Positions 27,411 through 40,733 of a DNA stretch of 64,000 nt are shown here, piece by piece (the stretch's first letter is position 1; each line of letters opens with the position of its first letter). The translations under genes were made by a program, and so were the position numbers. Source of the DNA: Sphagnum compactum (Eukaryota); the NCBI GenBank assembly GCA_965153455.1, contig OZ234494.1, positions 11,408,001 to 11,472,000 on the forward strand, read 5' to 3'. The notes below the pieces were generated by a model, which was not told the origin of the DNA, did no database searches, and was given only the letters and a program-made list of their open reading frames with translations.

Positions 27411-28207
27411 ACATGAGCAATGCAAACCGTTTTCTTTTTTTTTTCTTTTTTTGGGGGTCGGGCCGCCCCCAAATCTGTTCTTTTCTTTTGCTCGTTGTTG
27501 TCCGGACTCTTCGTGGACTCCCCCCCCCCCCCTCTCCCCTTTTGTTGTTTTTTTGCATGTAGAGAGGAAGAGAGAGAGAGAGAGCCATACCGAAAGAGAC
27601 ACACTTCACACACACACAGGACCGACAAAAAAAAAAAAAAAAGAGCTTCAAAGACTAAGTTAAACTTAGTTCAACATGATATCCAAATGATACAAGTTTT
27701 TATTTTATTTATTTATTTGTTTGTTTGTTTGTTTGTTCATTGTTACCAAAGTAATATGACCAATTGAGTACTTGGCTATGGACTTATGGTATGGACTTGT
27801 GTTGGGTGGTTCTTTGAATTTTGTTAAAACAAATCGTTGGTTCCCGTTTTTTTAATATTTTGGAATCAAAGAACCAATGGGTTCCAATTCTTTGAAGGAA
27901 AAATTTTCCGAATCAAAGAATCATCAATTCCAATTCCAATTAGATCATAAATCTTATAAAGCAATAGCCTTAAAATTCCATTTCTCTAGGTCATAAAATT
28001 AAATAAATAGGTAGGGAAATGATGAATGAATTGGAGCCTGGCAAGTAATAATTTTGCCACCACCTAAAGGAGGGCCTAAGAAAAAAACCTGCCAGAATGT
28101 GCACTTACAGACCATTATATATTGGAACATAGGGTTGAAGAGTAGGGGGACTTGTATTATTCTGCCGTCGAGTTTCCAAGTTCCAACCCCTTTCCAGCCC
28201 CCCATAG

Positions 28208-28480
28208 AGTGGATGAAAGTGGATGAAAGAAAAACAACCAAAATTGGCAGAAAAGCCAATAAGGGAAAGAACAAGTAAAGAGTGGATGAAAGTGGATGAA
28301 AAAAACAACCAAAATTGGCAGAAAGCCAATAAGGGAAAGAACAAGTAAAGAGTGGATGAAAAAAAACAACCAAATTGGCAGAAAGCCAATAAGGTAAAGA
28401 ACAAGTAAAGAGTGGATGAAAGTGGATGACAAAAAACAACCAAAATTTGCAGAAAGCCGAAAAGGGAAAGAACAAGTAAA
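28208..28480. repeat. Minisatellite, 4 copies of a 60-73-bp unit
   Basis: AGTGGATGAA(AGTGGATGAA)AAAAACAACCAAAATTGGCAGAAAGCCAATAAGGGAAAGAACAAGTAAAG repeated four times. Confidence 0.9.
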
Positions 28481-30193
28481 AAGTATACTTTACAAAAAGT
28501 TTTGTGAAAAGTGACACAAAAAAAAAACTTCTTTTTGCTCGGCATGTATGATTGGTCGGGTTGGAACTTGGAACCCCGATTGCTTTATTGACCTAGTCCG
28601 ATGGACCAAACGGTCGTAAGGATGGAGTCCTTGAATTGCTCCCGGAACATCAACTATTGGCCAATAAGTGGAAATTGGTGGTAAAGTGGGTGGCTCTTTT
28701 GACATTTTGGTCGACTTTAACATTCAATGATGCAGGGCCAACCAAAATGGTCGTGTGGAAGAGTGGGTTTGTTGTTCTATATTGACAATTTCTTTTGTCG
28801 ACTTAACATTGACGGACTCTATTTCTTTCGGTTGGCCTAGGCTTTCTTTTCGTGAATTTAGTTTAGCCAAATATCTCTATTTATGTAGAATTTGATATAG
28901 CCTAATTTAATTTTTTTTCAAAATCATGTTTTGTACATTTTCACACAAGAGATCAATTTCTTCCTTCTTTTTTAGCAACATAACTCTTAGCTTACTTACT
29001 TCCTTGCTTGATTAATTAATTAATGCCATCTAAGAAAAATTTCTGACTTTTAAATGCTTATAGTAATAATAATAATAATAATAATAATAGAGGAAAAGAC
29101 AAACCAAAACTCCATAACAGTTTCCCCCTTGTCAATCAATATCACATTTTTAAAAATTACCAATTAATAATTACATTTACACCCCCAAAAATATTTTAAA
29201 TTAAAAAAATAACTCATAATATTCTCATCTCTTTCTTCTTTTTTTGCTTTCTTTTTTTTTTCTTTTTTTGGTTTTGGGTTTTTGGTTTTGAATTTATTTT
29301 TTTGGGGGGAGTTTTTTTTGGTTTTGGGTTTTCTGCCCTTTTCAGGGCCTCTTTCTTCCTTCCTGTGTTTCTTACCGATTCTTGGAGAGGAGAGTTCTTG
29401 CTTTGCTTGAAATGCGAGATTCTCTTCTCCTTTGAGAATTGTTGCAGTTCTGGAAGTTGAATGTGAATTTGGGGAGTGATGGTTGATGGTTGATGGGGGG
29501 TTTTTTCGCAGCTTTGTTTGTAGTAAGTGTATATCCCAGCTCCTTTCTTTGGTCTCATATGACAGGATGTGGACTCTGGGAGAGAGGAAGGAAGAGAGAG
29601 ATGAAGGAGGAGCGGGAGAGGAGAACAGAGAATTAGGGTTCTACTTGAGCCTCTTCTCTGATTTTCAGAACAGATACTGCACTTGGATCTTAGCCAAAAA
29701 GGCCGAGAAAGATATCTTCTCTGATTTTCAGATGCAGTCGTGTTGACTGCAAAAAACTGCTGCTGCTGCTTCGTTTTGAGAGCTTGGGGTGGGAGGGAGA
29801 TTATGCGGGACGTGGTTCTGCATTAGGAACCAAACATGGTGGGTCATCGTGGTTCCGTCTTTGGGATGCAGTAAAAAGCTTAGTTCCTTTAGGGTTCTCT
29901 TTGTATATGTGATGATGATTTCTGCGACTTCTGGCGGTTTCTGGTGATGGGTTATGGTTGTTCCCCCCCTCACAGGCCTGCCTTCCTTCGTTCCTTACTT
30001 CCCTTCATGAAGCTCTCTCTAGTGCGAGCTTTTCTTTCCGTGTGTGCGGAAGAGAAGAGGGTGATGTCAGTGTTCAGTTGTAATCTCTTTTGAAATTTTT
30101 TCTTTTTAGGGTTTTCCAGGAGTGTACAGAAAGAATGATGAGAAAGTTGGGTCTCAATGCTAGCAGGTGGAGAAAGCAGAATGGCCGGGAGTT

Positions 30194-33100
30194 ATGGTGA
30201 CGCAAGTGAAGATGCCAAGAGATGTATCTTCAGGCCAGGGTTGGGCAGATCTGGCATGTGCACTGCAAGATTTGAAGGAAAAGAACTCAATGGCTGCTAG
30301 TTGGAGGCAAAGAGGAAGGGAAGAAGAAGAAGGACCTAGTGTAGCAGCAGCAGCAGCTGTTCAGATGACTCATCAACCAGGCGTGACTGATCAGCAGAAT
30401 CTGGGGAGTGGGGATCTCAGTTTGCAGCTTGGATCCTCTGCATCCTACTCTACGCCTTCCTCCTCTAGCAATTCACGAGCCTCAGCAGATCAGTATGATG
30501 CTCCTCCTACTAATGACCTTTCTCCTGACGATCTTTCCTTCCTTCAAGATGTAGATGTGCGATCCATGTTCAAAAAGGTTACAGTGAATGCAAGCTTGCT
30601 GAATCATGCGATCGAAAGGCTTGGGGGTGGCAGTAAGGGTATGAAGGCATTGCTTGGCTACATCAAGTTGTGGGTAAAGGAGAAGAAGAACACCCAATTC
30701 TCCATTTCTCAGTGCATGGAAAGCCTTGAAAAGCTGCACCAGGCACCGGCAGCCGAGACTCTGCAGCTGGCACCACCAGCTGTGACTCTACAAGCACCAG
30801 CTTTTGGAGCATCATCTGCAGCTGTTCTGGATTACAATGTTAGTCCACATGCAGGGGGGCATTGGACAACATCAACTCCTCCGCCTGTTTTGTGGATGGA
30901 ACAAGTCACTAATAGAGACATCAAGGCTAACAACAATGGCAGCAATGGTTTGAAGAGGATGCTGTCTCAATCGTTTGAGCCTCTTCTTGACCAATCTCCA
31001 GAAGGCGGTGCCCATCTTCTTCATCACAATTCAAAGGTTTGCAAGACTTATGGAGGATCATTTGCAGATACAGTGGACATGAATGCTGGATTCAGTAGTT
31101 CAAGGTCAGAGGATATGGTTTGTTCTGAGATGACAGGATTGACAACATGTAATCTCACCACCACTGTGAGGAGCATTGCTGGGACAGATGCAAATGTGCT
31201 AGCACAGGATATGTCGATCCATAACAACAATAACCAGATGGCAGTGAATCAACCCTTGGTGGCTTCTTCTTTGCAGCAGAAGGGTGTGGGGGGATTCAGA
31301 CTAGTTGATGCTGCTGACAACAACAGCAGCAGTTCGTTTTTGTCTCCAGCTGCCAGCAAGCGGGCAGCACGCAAGATTCGAATGGCTCAGCAGCGGCGAT
31401 CAACATCATCAATGGTTTCACGCAGTGTGAGTCAGGGTGCTATATCCTCCTTGGGTTGTGGTTCATGTACAGGCCTACTCCCAGGTGTGGCAGGAGTGAT
31501 TAGTGACACACATCAGGGCAACTCTCAAATTCTTCTGCCCAGGATGATGATGATGCCTGTTAGAAATAAAAGCCAGGTACAACACCCCCTTGCTATTATC
31601 AAAGAAACAAACAAAATGTTGATAAAAAAAGATATGGGGTGTAACAAAAAGGGGTCTTTCCATCAGTTGGTCAGTTGTGCTGGAGGGGTGCCTCATACAC
31701 TGACCTAAGGACTGCATTTGACAAAAATTTCTTGCCCCCCTGCTACAACTACGAGAGAGAGAGAGAGAGAGAGAGTGTCTACATCTTCCAGTTGCATCCT
31801 CCCCCCCCCATTTCTTACTCAATGGTAACCAGCCTCAAGGCTACCAAACCACCATTCTCATGCTGTTGTATCTTGGTCCTAAAAGAATGCAGGATGATGC
31901 TGTGTGTAGAATATTGTATGTTTCTACATGCAAAGAATCACGGTTTTGGGTCAGAGCATTAGGAGTAATTCCCTGCTCCTACAATGCCCTAATGATAAAC
32001 TCAATAGCAAACCACCTTGTTTAGGGAACTGCTTTAGGGACCAAGATGCTGCATGGCGGGGGCTGCAGATGAAATTCTAACAGCCTATAATCTAGTAGCT
32101 TTGTGTTTTTATATCTGTGATGTGCAGGCGTGGAAGACGGATTCTTTGCATCTTTTGTTGCAGAAGGACTTAAGACCCAGTGACATTGGAAGTCTAGGCC
32201 GCATCATCTTACCCAAGGTCACAGATACATTGTTGTTTGTGGCATTCTATTTCTCTTATGATGGATTGGTCCTTGCGAGGGATCTATTGGTTCTCATTGT
32301 GATTAGCTTGTCTTTGGAGTGTAAAACCAGCATCATGACTTCAATTCTTCCCGAATTTGCTTCCAGAAATGTGGGAGAAACTCAGGACACAGTTTGTATG
32401 CTTGTCACTCTGAAATTTTGGTCAGACTATATGTATGCTTATCTAATACACCCACAGTGGTAAATTGTTGAGTTCTTTATTTTCCAATCTCATACATGGA
32501 GATATCATTCTCATATGGTAGCTTGATTTTTGTGTTATAGAAGGAGTCAGAAGTTCATTTACCATCTCTCACCCTCAAAGGAGTGTTTATTTCCATGGAG
32601 GACTTTGACACTCGCATGACTTGGAGTTTCCGATACAGGTACTAGGGACTTTGCACGGAATGTATTATCACATTCCTTTCCTGTATTATACCAAGTATAA
32701 TTCTTATATTCCATACTTTTGTAAGGGTGGATTGTAACTTGAACAATCTTATGGGGTGGGTTGCAGATACTGGCCTAATAATAGGAGTCGGATGTACTTG
32801 TTGGAGGGTACAGGTGAGATTGAATTCTCTCTACTCAGTGCTATCCGATCATGCTGAGTTTTGTATGCACTTTGAGACATAATTATGTAGCATATACTCT
32901 TATTATTTTCAGGTACATGTCAGAAACTTGCAGTCTTGATGTAGGGGTAGCGTTCGCCATCTTGTTCATTTCTCCTTCAATCCTCCTTTCTTTCTTGGTT
33001 TTTTCCCCCTTTTCTTGCCTTTTTTGTTAATTTTTATCTTGTCTTTTTTCTTGGATGCTACCCTTTCTTCTTCAGGTTCATTTGATCTTTTCCTTCTCTC

Positions 33101-35255
33101 ATAGATTTGGTTAATGTTGACGTCAAATCTCCAACCCATTGCGTAACATTAACCCTTCAACCCATTGTACCTCCAACTCAATTGCCAGGAGCTGATGAAG
33201 GTAATTGGGATGTTATGGGAGATGGTTGATACCATACATGCTGTTGTTGAAAGTCCCTGAACAATGCATGACTGTTGCTTGTTGTTGTCAAAACTGCTAC
33301 TCAATTGAACTTTTGGGTCTTGGTTTCTACCTTTTCTCTGCAGTTGGGTTTCTCTCTTTTTAATGCTTGGTGAGTAGTGGTTGCAGTTAATGGCTGTCAG
33401 ATCTGAAACTATCATATCCTTATTATCATGTCATCTGTCATTTCTTTTCATGCTGCTGAACTTTATGATTGTAAGCATGGAGAAATTCTTCAGAAAATTA
33501 GTTCTTCCCTTCTAAAGTATTGTCCCTCCCTGACTCGTTCTCTTTTGTTTCATTTTTCTTATGTGCTCTCTCCAGGGCTTTTTTTTCAACTTTGTGAGGT
33601 AGGTGGAGTGGGCGATCATCCACAAGAGAACTCGGCCAAATTTGGCTAGAGGTCAGAGAGAAAAGTAGATTTTTTTTTTTCAAATCCTGCTATTTACTGG
33701 CAACATACAAGAACCTATGGTCTAAATACGGCAAGTTCAACTTATTTTTCCTTGAAAATGGCTACTTAGGGCCCTTTTTTCCCAAGAAAGATCCTTTTGA
33801 TAATTTACAGTCCAATTTTTTTTGTTTGCCAAGTGGCAAAAATTTGTTGCCAAAAAGAACCCTGTCTCTCTTGTTCTTTCTTTTCCTGTCACCTTGTCTT
33901 CTTTTTCTTCTTTTCTTCATGCAGAAATTGTCATCAAAATCACTGTGTGAGGTCCATCTTGCTGTTGGTTCTTTTGTACGCAAAAAGAATAATCTTCACA
34001 CTTCTGGGTGGTATAGTTTTCATCAGAGTTGCTTCACATCTTTTACATCCTTTTTTGTACCACTTGTACCAAGCATTTAAAAAGAATAAAATTGGGTTCC
34101 TTAAGTACCCTAATGAACGTCATTGGTGGGTGGGACTCATCTATGCTGGGTGAGAGTTGCTGATGGTTTTTGTGGATGTTTGACACCCATGCTTCCTTCT
34201 TATTATCAGGCACCTGATTTTATGTGATTACAGGAGAGTTTGTGAAAGCACATGATCTGGAAGAAGGTGACTTGTTAATGATCTACAAGAATCGACAAGG
34301 AAACTTCGTAAGCCAGCAGCTTCTCTTCATTTTCTATTGTTGTGAAATGCTTGGTTGTGCAATGCTCTGATTTTTGCTGCACTGTACATTTGCTCACACA
34401 CACAATTTGGGAAAACTAATTCAGTTTTTGCTCTGTGATTTGAGTGTTCTGTCAATTCAGATGCAGTTGTGAAATTTTGAAGAAAATCTCTTTGGTTCCC
34501 CCTACAAATCAATAGGATTGCAAAGGTGGCACTGTGTGCTATACTGTTGTCAGTTTGTGAAAGTCTTGATTGTGTTGTTGAAGCAAACTGGAAATGTTGG
34601 AAACTGGATTTTAGTACTGAGCCTTGTAGTACAAGGGTACGGACTGTGAGTAAACTGTTGATGGGTTGATTCAAACATGCCACATGATTGAAGATACAGA
34701 CAAGTGTTGTGGAAGTTAATTGATACTTGGTAGGCAATATCTATTGGCCGTTGGTTGACTAGAGAGTATGAAGTGCTGCAAAGTCTCTGAGAGAGTGCTC
34801 AATTTTTTGCTGTGCAGGTTATCAGAGGAAAAAAGAAAGGCTTATGTTCAGAGGCTTGTGTGCCTACTACTGCTGCTGCTGCTGCAGTTCATCTGCGAAA
34901 TAATAATAATACACACAGCTTGGCTAGAGTTCCCTTTGATGGGGGAATAACAGTGAAGAAGGCAGAAGAAGAGCCGCGACATGATGGGAAGAAGAATCTA
35001 CATAGGACTGTACCACCAGTGGAGGACTGTAGTAGTTATAAGCCAGTGGAACCTTTTGATATTTTTCTACAGGAAGTCATGCAGGGGATTCAGAATGAAT
35101 ATGAACAGTGTGGGGAAGTGCTGTCACAGTTGGAGAGGTTTCCTAGCCTGGATCCTGATGCTTCTGTTGATGACATTCTAGGCTTGACATTTGCTGGAGG
35201 AAGTGGCAGCGGTGGCATTTCATCAGTCGTTCCCAAGATTGAGCCAGCAAGTTAA
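30194..35255 (+). CDS. ABI3: ABI3/VP1-like B3 transcription factor (about 740 aa; start codon uncertain)
   Basis: Exons 30194-31669, 32128-32217, 32541-32638, 32767-32813, 34234-34307 and 34818-35255 join in frame with GT-AG introns. B1: LSPDDL...ERLGGGSKGMKALLGYIKLWV. B2: AASKRAARKIRMAQQRR. B3: [29 protein letters not shown]...[39 protein letters not shown]. The intron pattern is typical of LAV-family B3 genes. Confidence 0.92.
33573..33864. mobile_element. MITE in ABI3 intron 4
   Basis: Termini CAGGGCTTTTTTT and AAAAAGAACCCTG, flanked by TCTCTC on both sides. The interior (TTTTTTTCAACTTTGTGAGGTA...GCCAAATTTGG) resembles a decayed copy at about 9960-10090. Confidence 0.6.
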
Positions 35256-35393
35256 CACACACAAAAGCAGGCTCTGCTTATAACTCAGCATTGTGTTGAA
35301 GTCTTGTGTACGCCGAAAGCTTGTGCATGTGTGAGCTTCTTCGGTATGAGTGAAAACTTATTGCCTGGTTTACCGGCAGCAGATCAGCATCAA

Positions 35394-35439
35394 CTGAATT
35401 GCACTGGATGATCTTCTGAATTGCACTGGATGATCTTCT
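35394..35439. repeat. 22-bp tandem duplication in the ABI3 3' region
   Basis: CTGAATTGCACTGGATGATCTT twice, head-to-tail. Confidence 0.9.
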
Positions 35440-37899
35440 CCGGTATGATCAAAATCTTATTTGCTTGGTTCACTGGCAACAACAGATCGTCAACAACCAA
35501 ATTTGCACCTGTGACTATTTCTTTCTCCCAGCCAGTTATGAACATCAACAACTGGCAATTGTTATGCAGCGACAGTAGAAACAAAATATTGTTTGTTTTT
35601 CATGTTTGGCTCCTCTAGTTTTCTTAAAGGTGATAAAAATGCTAGTGATGGAGAAATTAGGGAATGAATATTTTTCTCTCAGGATCCACTGGTAATTGCT
35701 GCCTGAAACCTTGATGATTGAAGAATCAATCTACTACTATTATTGTTTCAGATCAGTTGCACAGTTTGTGCAGTAGTGCAGCATACAAAAAACCAAGGTA
35801 TCCAACATGTTTCTGAACATGGAGATAATAGGTAAGAGATGAGTGCAAATTGTTACTCAAGTGCCCACCTTTCCATCATTGTGATTTCGGGAGAAGCGGG
35901 AGTTTAAATTCTAGTAGCTTCTCTGTTTGTTTATTATTAAATGTTGTGATCAAAATGTGGTTATTTTTAATATGACTTTTTAAAAGCACTTCCTATATCA
36001 GGTGCATGGAATTGGTGTACACATATTGTCCTCTAAACAACATTGGATCAAAAAAATTGTGATTGGGAACCTAAACATATGTAGACGATGTGGGATATAA
36101 TGAGGAGGGATCTTATGCCTACACTTGATGGATAGAAGGTGCCCTCCAAAGTACAACTTTTACATGTTTTATGACGCCATCATGGATGAACAATAAGGTT
36201 TAGCAAGCTTTTGCTTTGGAAAGCTATCCTATAAACTCTCCTACTTCCCCTTTTTCCTACCTAAGTAACTACCTATGTATTGTGGATAAGTATCATGTGT
36301 AGTTAAGAACTATAAATGGTATTACGTAGTTAGGTAGGTAAGTGTTAGGGCACATCGTGACTATTGGGTAGGTATATAGGTAGGGAAATGGAACAAGTTA
36401 TTATTATGCTTGTATGTAAGTGGGTAAGGCACATAGTGGGTAGTACGTACGTAAATGCATGTGAATGGTTATTAATTAATACATAGCTAACCATTGTGGT
36501 TAGTTAGGGGATAGGAACCACAATGAGAAGTATTTTTTGTCCACACGCCATCCTTCATGATGTGTTAATGATTTATTCAGCCTTGATCATCAAACTCTCA
36601 ATAGGATTGTATAACTTGTTATCCACTTCCAACTAAGGTGGTATGCTTGGCCTTTGATGATCAATAATAATAGGTGATAAAATACATAGCAATGGAATTA
36701 TTTAAGTGTAATATGTATGCAAAGCAATTATATTTATTATTTTTTTATTTTTTTAAACCAAAAACCTGGAGGCAATGGCTCTTCATTCTCAATCCTTATA
36801 TTAGGAAATATCTCCTAGCGCTCTCATAACATTGATGAATAAGACTGGTATTTATTTATTTATTTGTGATTTAGCTCCAATGATAAATAATCCATGAGCT
36901 GATAATCCATAACCTAAATTTCGTTTTAAAAAATATATTGAAATAAAAACATTTAAGCATCCTTCTACCTATTGGGACCTAATGTAGAATTGACATTTTT
37001 TTAGAATTTAATTTGAATTCATTTCCAAATTGGGCAATTGCAAACCTTAAAAAAATTTCATTTTTTGTAATTTTGAAAAAAAATCTCCCAAAAAAAAATG
37101 CTAAAAACAAATGATTTAGACCAATGGATTAACAAAATTGACAATGGGGTGACAAAGATTTGATCATCAAAATAGTCTTTGTAATAGGTGTATAGAACCA
37201 AAAAATCTTCAGTTGGGAAACATTGATTTGTTGATGATGTGGTGGATATGAGGTGGAAATGATTGAATAATATCAATATAGTTTATAAGGCATTTTGCAT
37301 GGGCACTTGTTTGCATGAAATCAATGTATACAGCTAACTTCATCATTCATCATGAATTTCTTTTGATAACCATGCCCAATTTACATGGGTTGTTTGAAAT
37401 ATATGATATGAAAACATTTGATGGTTTTACCTTGTTTGAGTTGGTTTTCCAACTACTAATTACAAAACATGATCTCTTGGTGTAAATTTTAAATTGTTTG
37501 GTTAGTTGGGTTGTAACCTAAAAAAAATTCAGACTTATGAAAATTAAATTTCAATTAAATTTTTATTAGTACATATGTAGATTATTCAAATTAAAGTCCC
37601 ACACACAATATATACACCATTCACACCTCACACATACAAATATAAAAACTTGCATCCTTCCATGAATGAATCACTAAATTATTTGGAGTACATTTTTCTA
37701 GGATATAATAAGTCCAAGTAATTGACTTGAACTTAGACTTAACACAAAATAGTTAACTAAATCATTCATAAGTGCAAGTAAGTCCTTTATTAAATTATTT
37801 TGAAATATAAGGCACATAAAGACACTTATTTATTTCCCATATCCATTTATGTTCTAATCCATAGGCCCTTTCAACATTTATTTGGTTGTTACATCTTCA

Positions 37900-39460
37900 T
37901 GTCTTCACAATGATAATTTACCCATTATGAAAATGCTTGAGTTCGTCATGGTTGATTGTTGCAAATTAGTTTCCATTCAAGATGAGTTAATTCATGTGTG
38001 ATGTTATAAAAAAATCATTATTGATCATGTATGGTCCAAATCATTTTAGAAACAACTTTTTGAAAATCCTTTGAATCGTTCAATTTCACCAATTTAAAAA
38101 GTCTTTTGTGTTAATTTTTTTCCACTCATAATTGAAGCATCGTTTAATTATGTGAAAATTTGTTATTTCATATTGAATGCGTAATCTTGATTCCACCCAA
38201 TATGTAAAGTTGGAAATGGGAGATTTTTGTGAATGATCTAAATGTGAAACTGTACACCATATTGCATGGTGTATTTTTGTGTTGCAATTGTGAAAATTTC
38301 CACGTACCTTTGTTTCCTTGCTCAAAGTGTTACACATTAATTTGTTCATATGTTCCAACAACCTAATGGTTTATGTTTATATGTCATGGTCACATGATTT
38401 TTAATGGTTAAATTTTTTGAATTCTTCAACGACATCATTCATAAATTGTGAGCCATTGTTGCAAACCATCTTGAAAAGTATTTTGAAACATGTCTCAATC
38501 CTTTCATATACAAACCTTGCCATTTTTTTATAGAAAAATTGGTAATTTTTATTTTTTTTGTTTCAACCCATTTTGTGAAATGTTTGTTGCCGTTACAAAT
38601 AATTTATTAGCCCTTGTGGTGATGAGAAGGGCTTCATCAAGTTGATTCTTCATTTATAAATTATTCCCAATGGCAACATTTTGTGTAAAAAACATTAATA
38701 ACACATTTGTTTCCAAATGTTTGACACAATATAAAGCCTATAATGTTCCATTACATTTTTAGAAAATTGTTTGGTACCCATTTCACAATATTTCCTTTGT
38801 AATAATTTGTCTTGCAACATGGCTTTCATAAATATTTTGATGAAATTTAGAAAAATATTATGGAACATCCTTCATCCTTATAACTTGATGTAGGACTTTA
38901 TATTTTCTTTATATTTAAAATCCTCTTTTCTTTTTTTTGGGTCTATTGAAAAAAAATATGTTGAAAATTTTATCCATTGCCTTTTTATATTCCTTTTGCA
39001 CTTTTTTTGCATTGATTGTATACAATTACATTAAGGAAATCATCTTTTGGATGATCTTACCTTTTCAAAAGTTCATGTTAATGTATCAACATTATTATTT
39101 TTTTAAATTGATATTTGATGTTGAACTTATATTATTGTGGTAACAAAATTAATTATGTAATCCTCGCTATAGGGTTGGGTTTTGAAAGTAAATACTTGAC
39201 AATTCGATGGTTGATAAGAATTCATCATAATGCTAGTCAATAACAATGATGAATTTATTATTTAAAAGATAATGTTCACACTTTTTCATTACAAAGATGA
39301 TTGCTTAAGTTTTTTTTTTAATGATGGGATACTTTTTTTTGATCAAAATTAATTGTCAACTTGCATAACAAATAGGATTATCATGCATTGTGAAAATGTT
39401 TTAAAACAAATTGTTATGTTGAACCATTTGGTGTGAAAATTCAAATTTACCTAATTAATT
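37900..39460 (-). pseudogene. Decayed Ty3/Gypsy RNase H-integrase region
   Basis: Minus-strand remnants: DNPICYAS*QL at about 39350-39385 (RNase H, cf. YASRQL), KHFTKWVE at about 38560-38585, NNGSQFMNDVVEE at about 38420-38460 (integrase, cf. DNGxQF), and terminal LKHFHNG* at about 37920. Confidence 0.7.
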
Positions 39461-40733
39461 CATATTAATTATTATTAACCAAATGTAATTAGATTAGTTG
39501 CTTGATTAATTATATGTCCTATTAACCTAGGAATTCAAAAAATATGTTCAAAGTGGTATAATGCAAAGAAGAAACATGTCAAACTTATGAAAAATCCCAT
39601 GATATGTAATTAAGGTTGATATAAATAAATAAAGGTCCATAAATTAAAAATTTATAACAATATCATTTTCAATGTGAGGATTAGCTCGATAAGACACGAT
39701 GTCCTTTCTTTTACTTCAAAATCAAGATAAATATCAAAGACATTATTTGCATCATGGCCAATGACATCAATATTTGTCCCATCATTTGTAAACAATGATT
39801 TCATCTAAAAACTTGCAATTTTAGCTACCCCTTTGGTACTAAATTTGAACTTAAAAAAACATTAATGCAAGCCCCTCTTAAACTTTGTGTGTTAATCTAT
39901 CTATTTTTATGAAAACTTGTCACCTTTAACGTAAAGTTTTTTTTGAGTTCAAATCACTCATGTTGAAAAAAAAAATGATAAACAAAATTGTTATTAGGTA
40001 AGCACAATATGGACATGAATGTAGGAGAATCTAAAAATGATATCACAACGTGAATGAAAAAGCCCCCCAAAGAAAAGTCCCTTAATATTTTTAGACTTCA
40101 ACTACTTAGCCTAATTTTAGGAAAATTTAAATCTTTGTTGCCTAACTTTTAAAAATTAAAACCCTACTAGCCTAAATATGATTATCAAGATTTAATAATT
40201 ACTAGGCCACAAAGTGCATAACAAGGTAGACAATAATAGCAAGAACACTCGCAGGCTTGAAATTTGTTGTCATGTCATAACATTAAAACACCAATCACCA
40301 ACAATTCACATTAAAGTAACTACCACACATTTGTTTTTTAATGTTAAAATAACATAGAAAAATAGAGAGGTTGAGAAGTTGTTCCCATAACAAAAGAAAC
40401 CATTGGCAATCCTAAGGTTACTTTGTTTATATGTGTAAATGAGAGTCCCCAAATTTTTCATCCTTGAACATCATAAAAAGTATGATATTGCGATACACAT
40501 TGTTTTAAGCTCAAATATTAAGAAATTATATTTAAAAATGAATTCTAGCAAACTGAAGTGATATGGATTTAAAACAAAACATGAAAGAGAAATAAAATTA
40601 AAACCATATCTTAATGTGGAAATTGTATAGGAAAAAATAAAAAATGTGTCGCACAGGTCTTAATGGTGACTTATTTAAAACACCAATTAAAGGCTAATGG
40701 AAACATATATTCAAAATAATTTAAATTTTTTCA

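Noticed and set aside
27999..28545. Overlapping 90-170-aa ORFs
   Set aside because: They are translations of the minisatellite.
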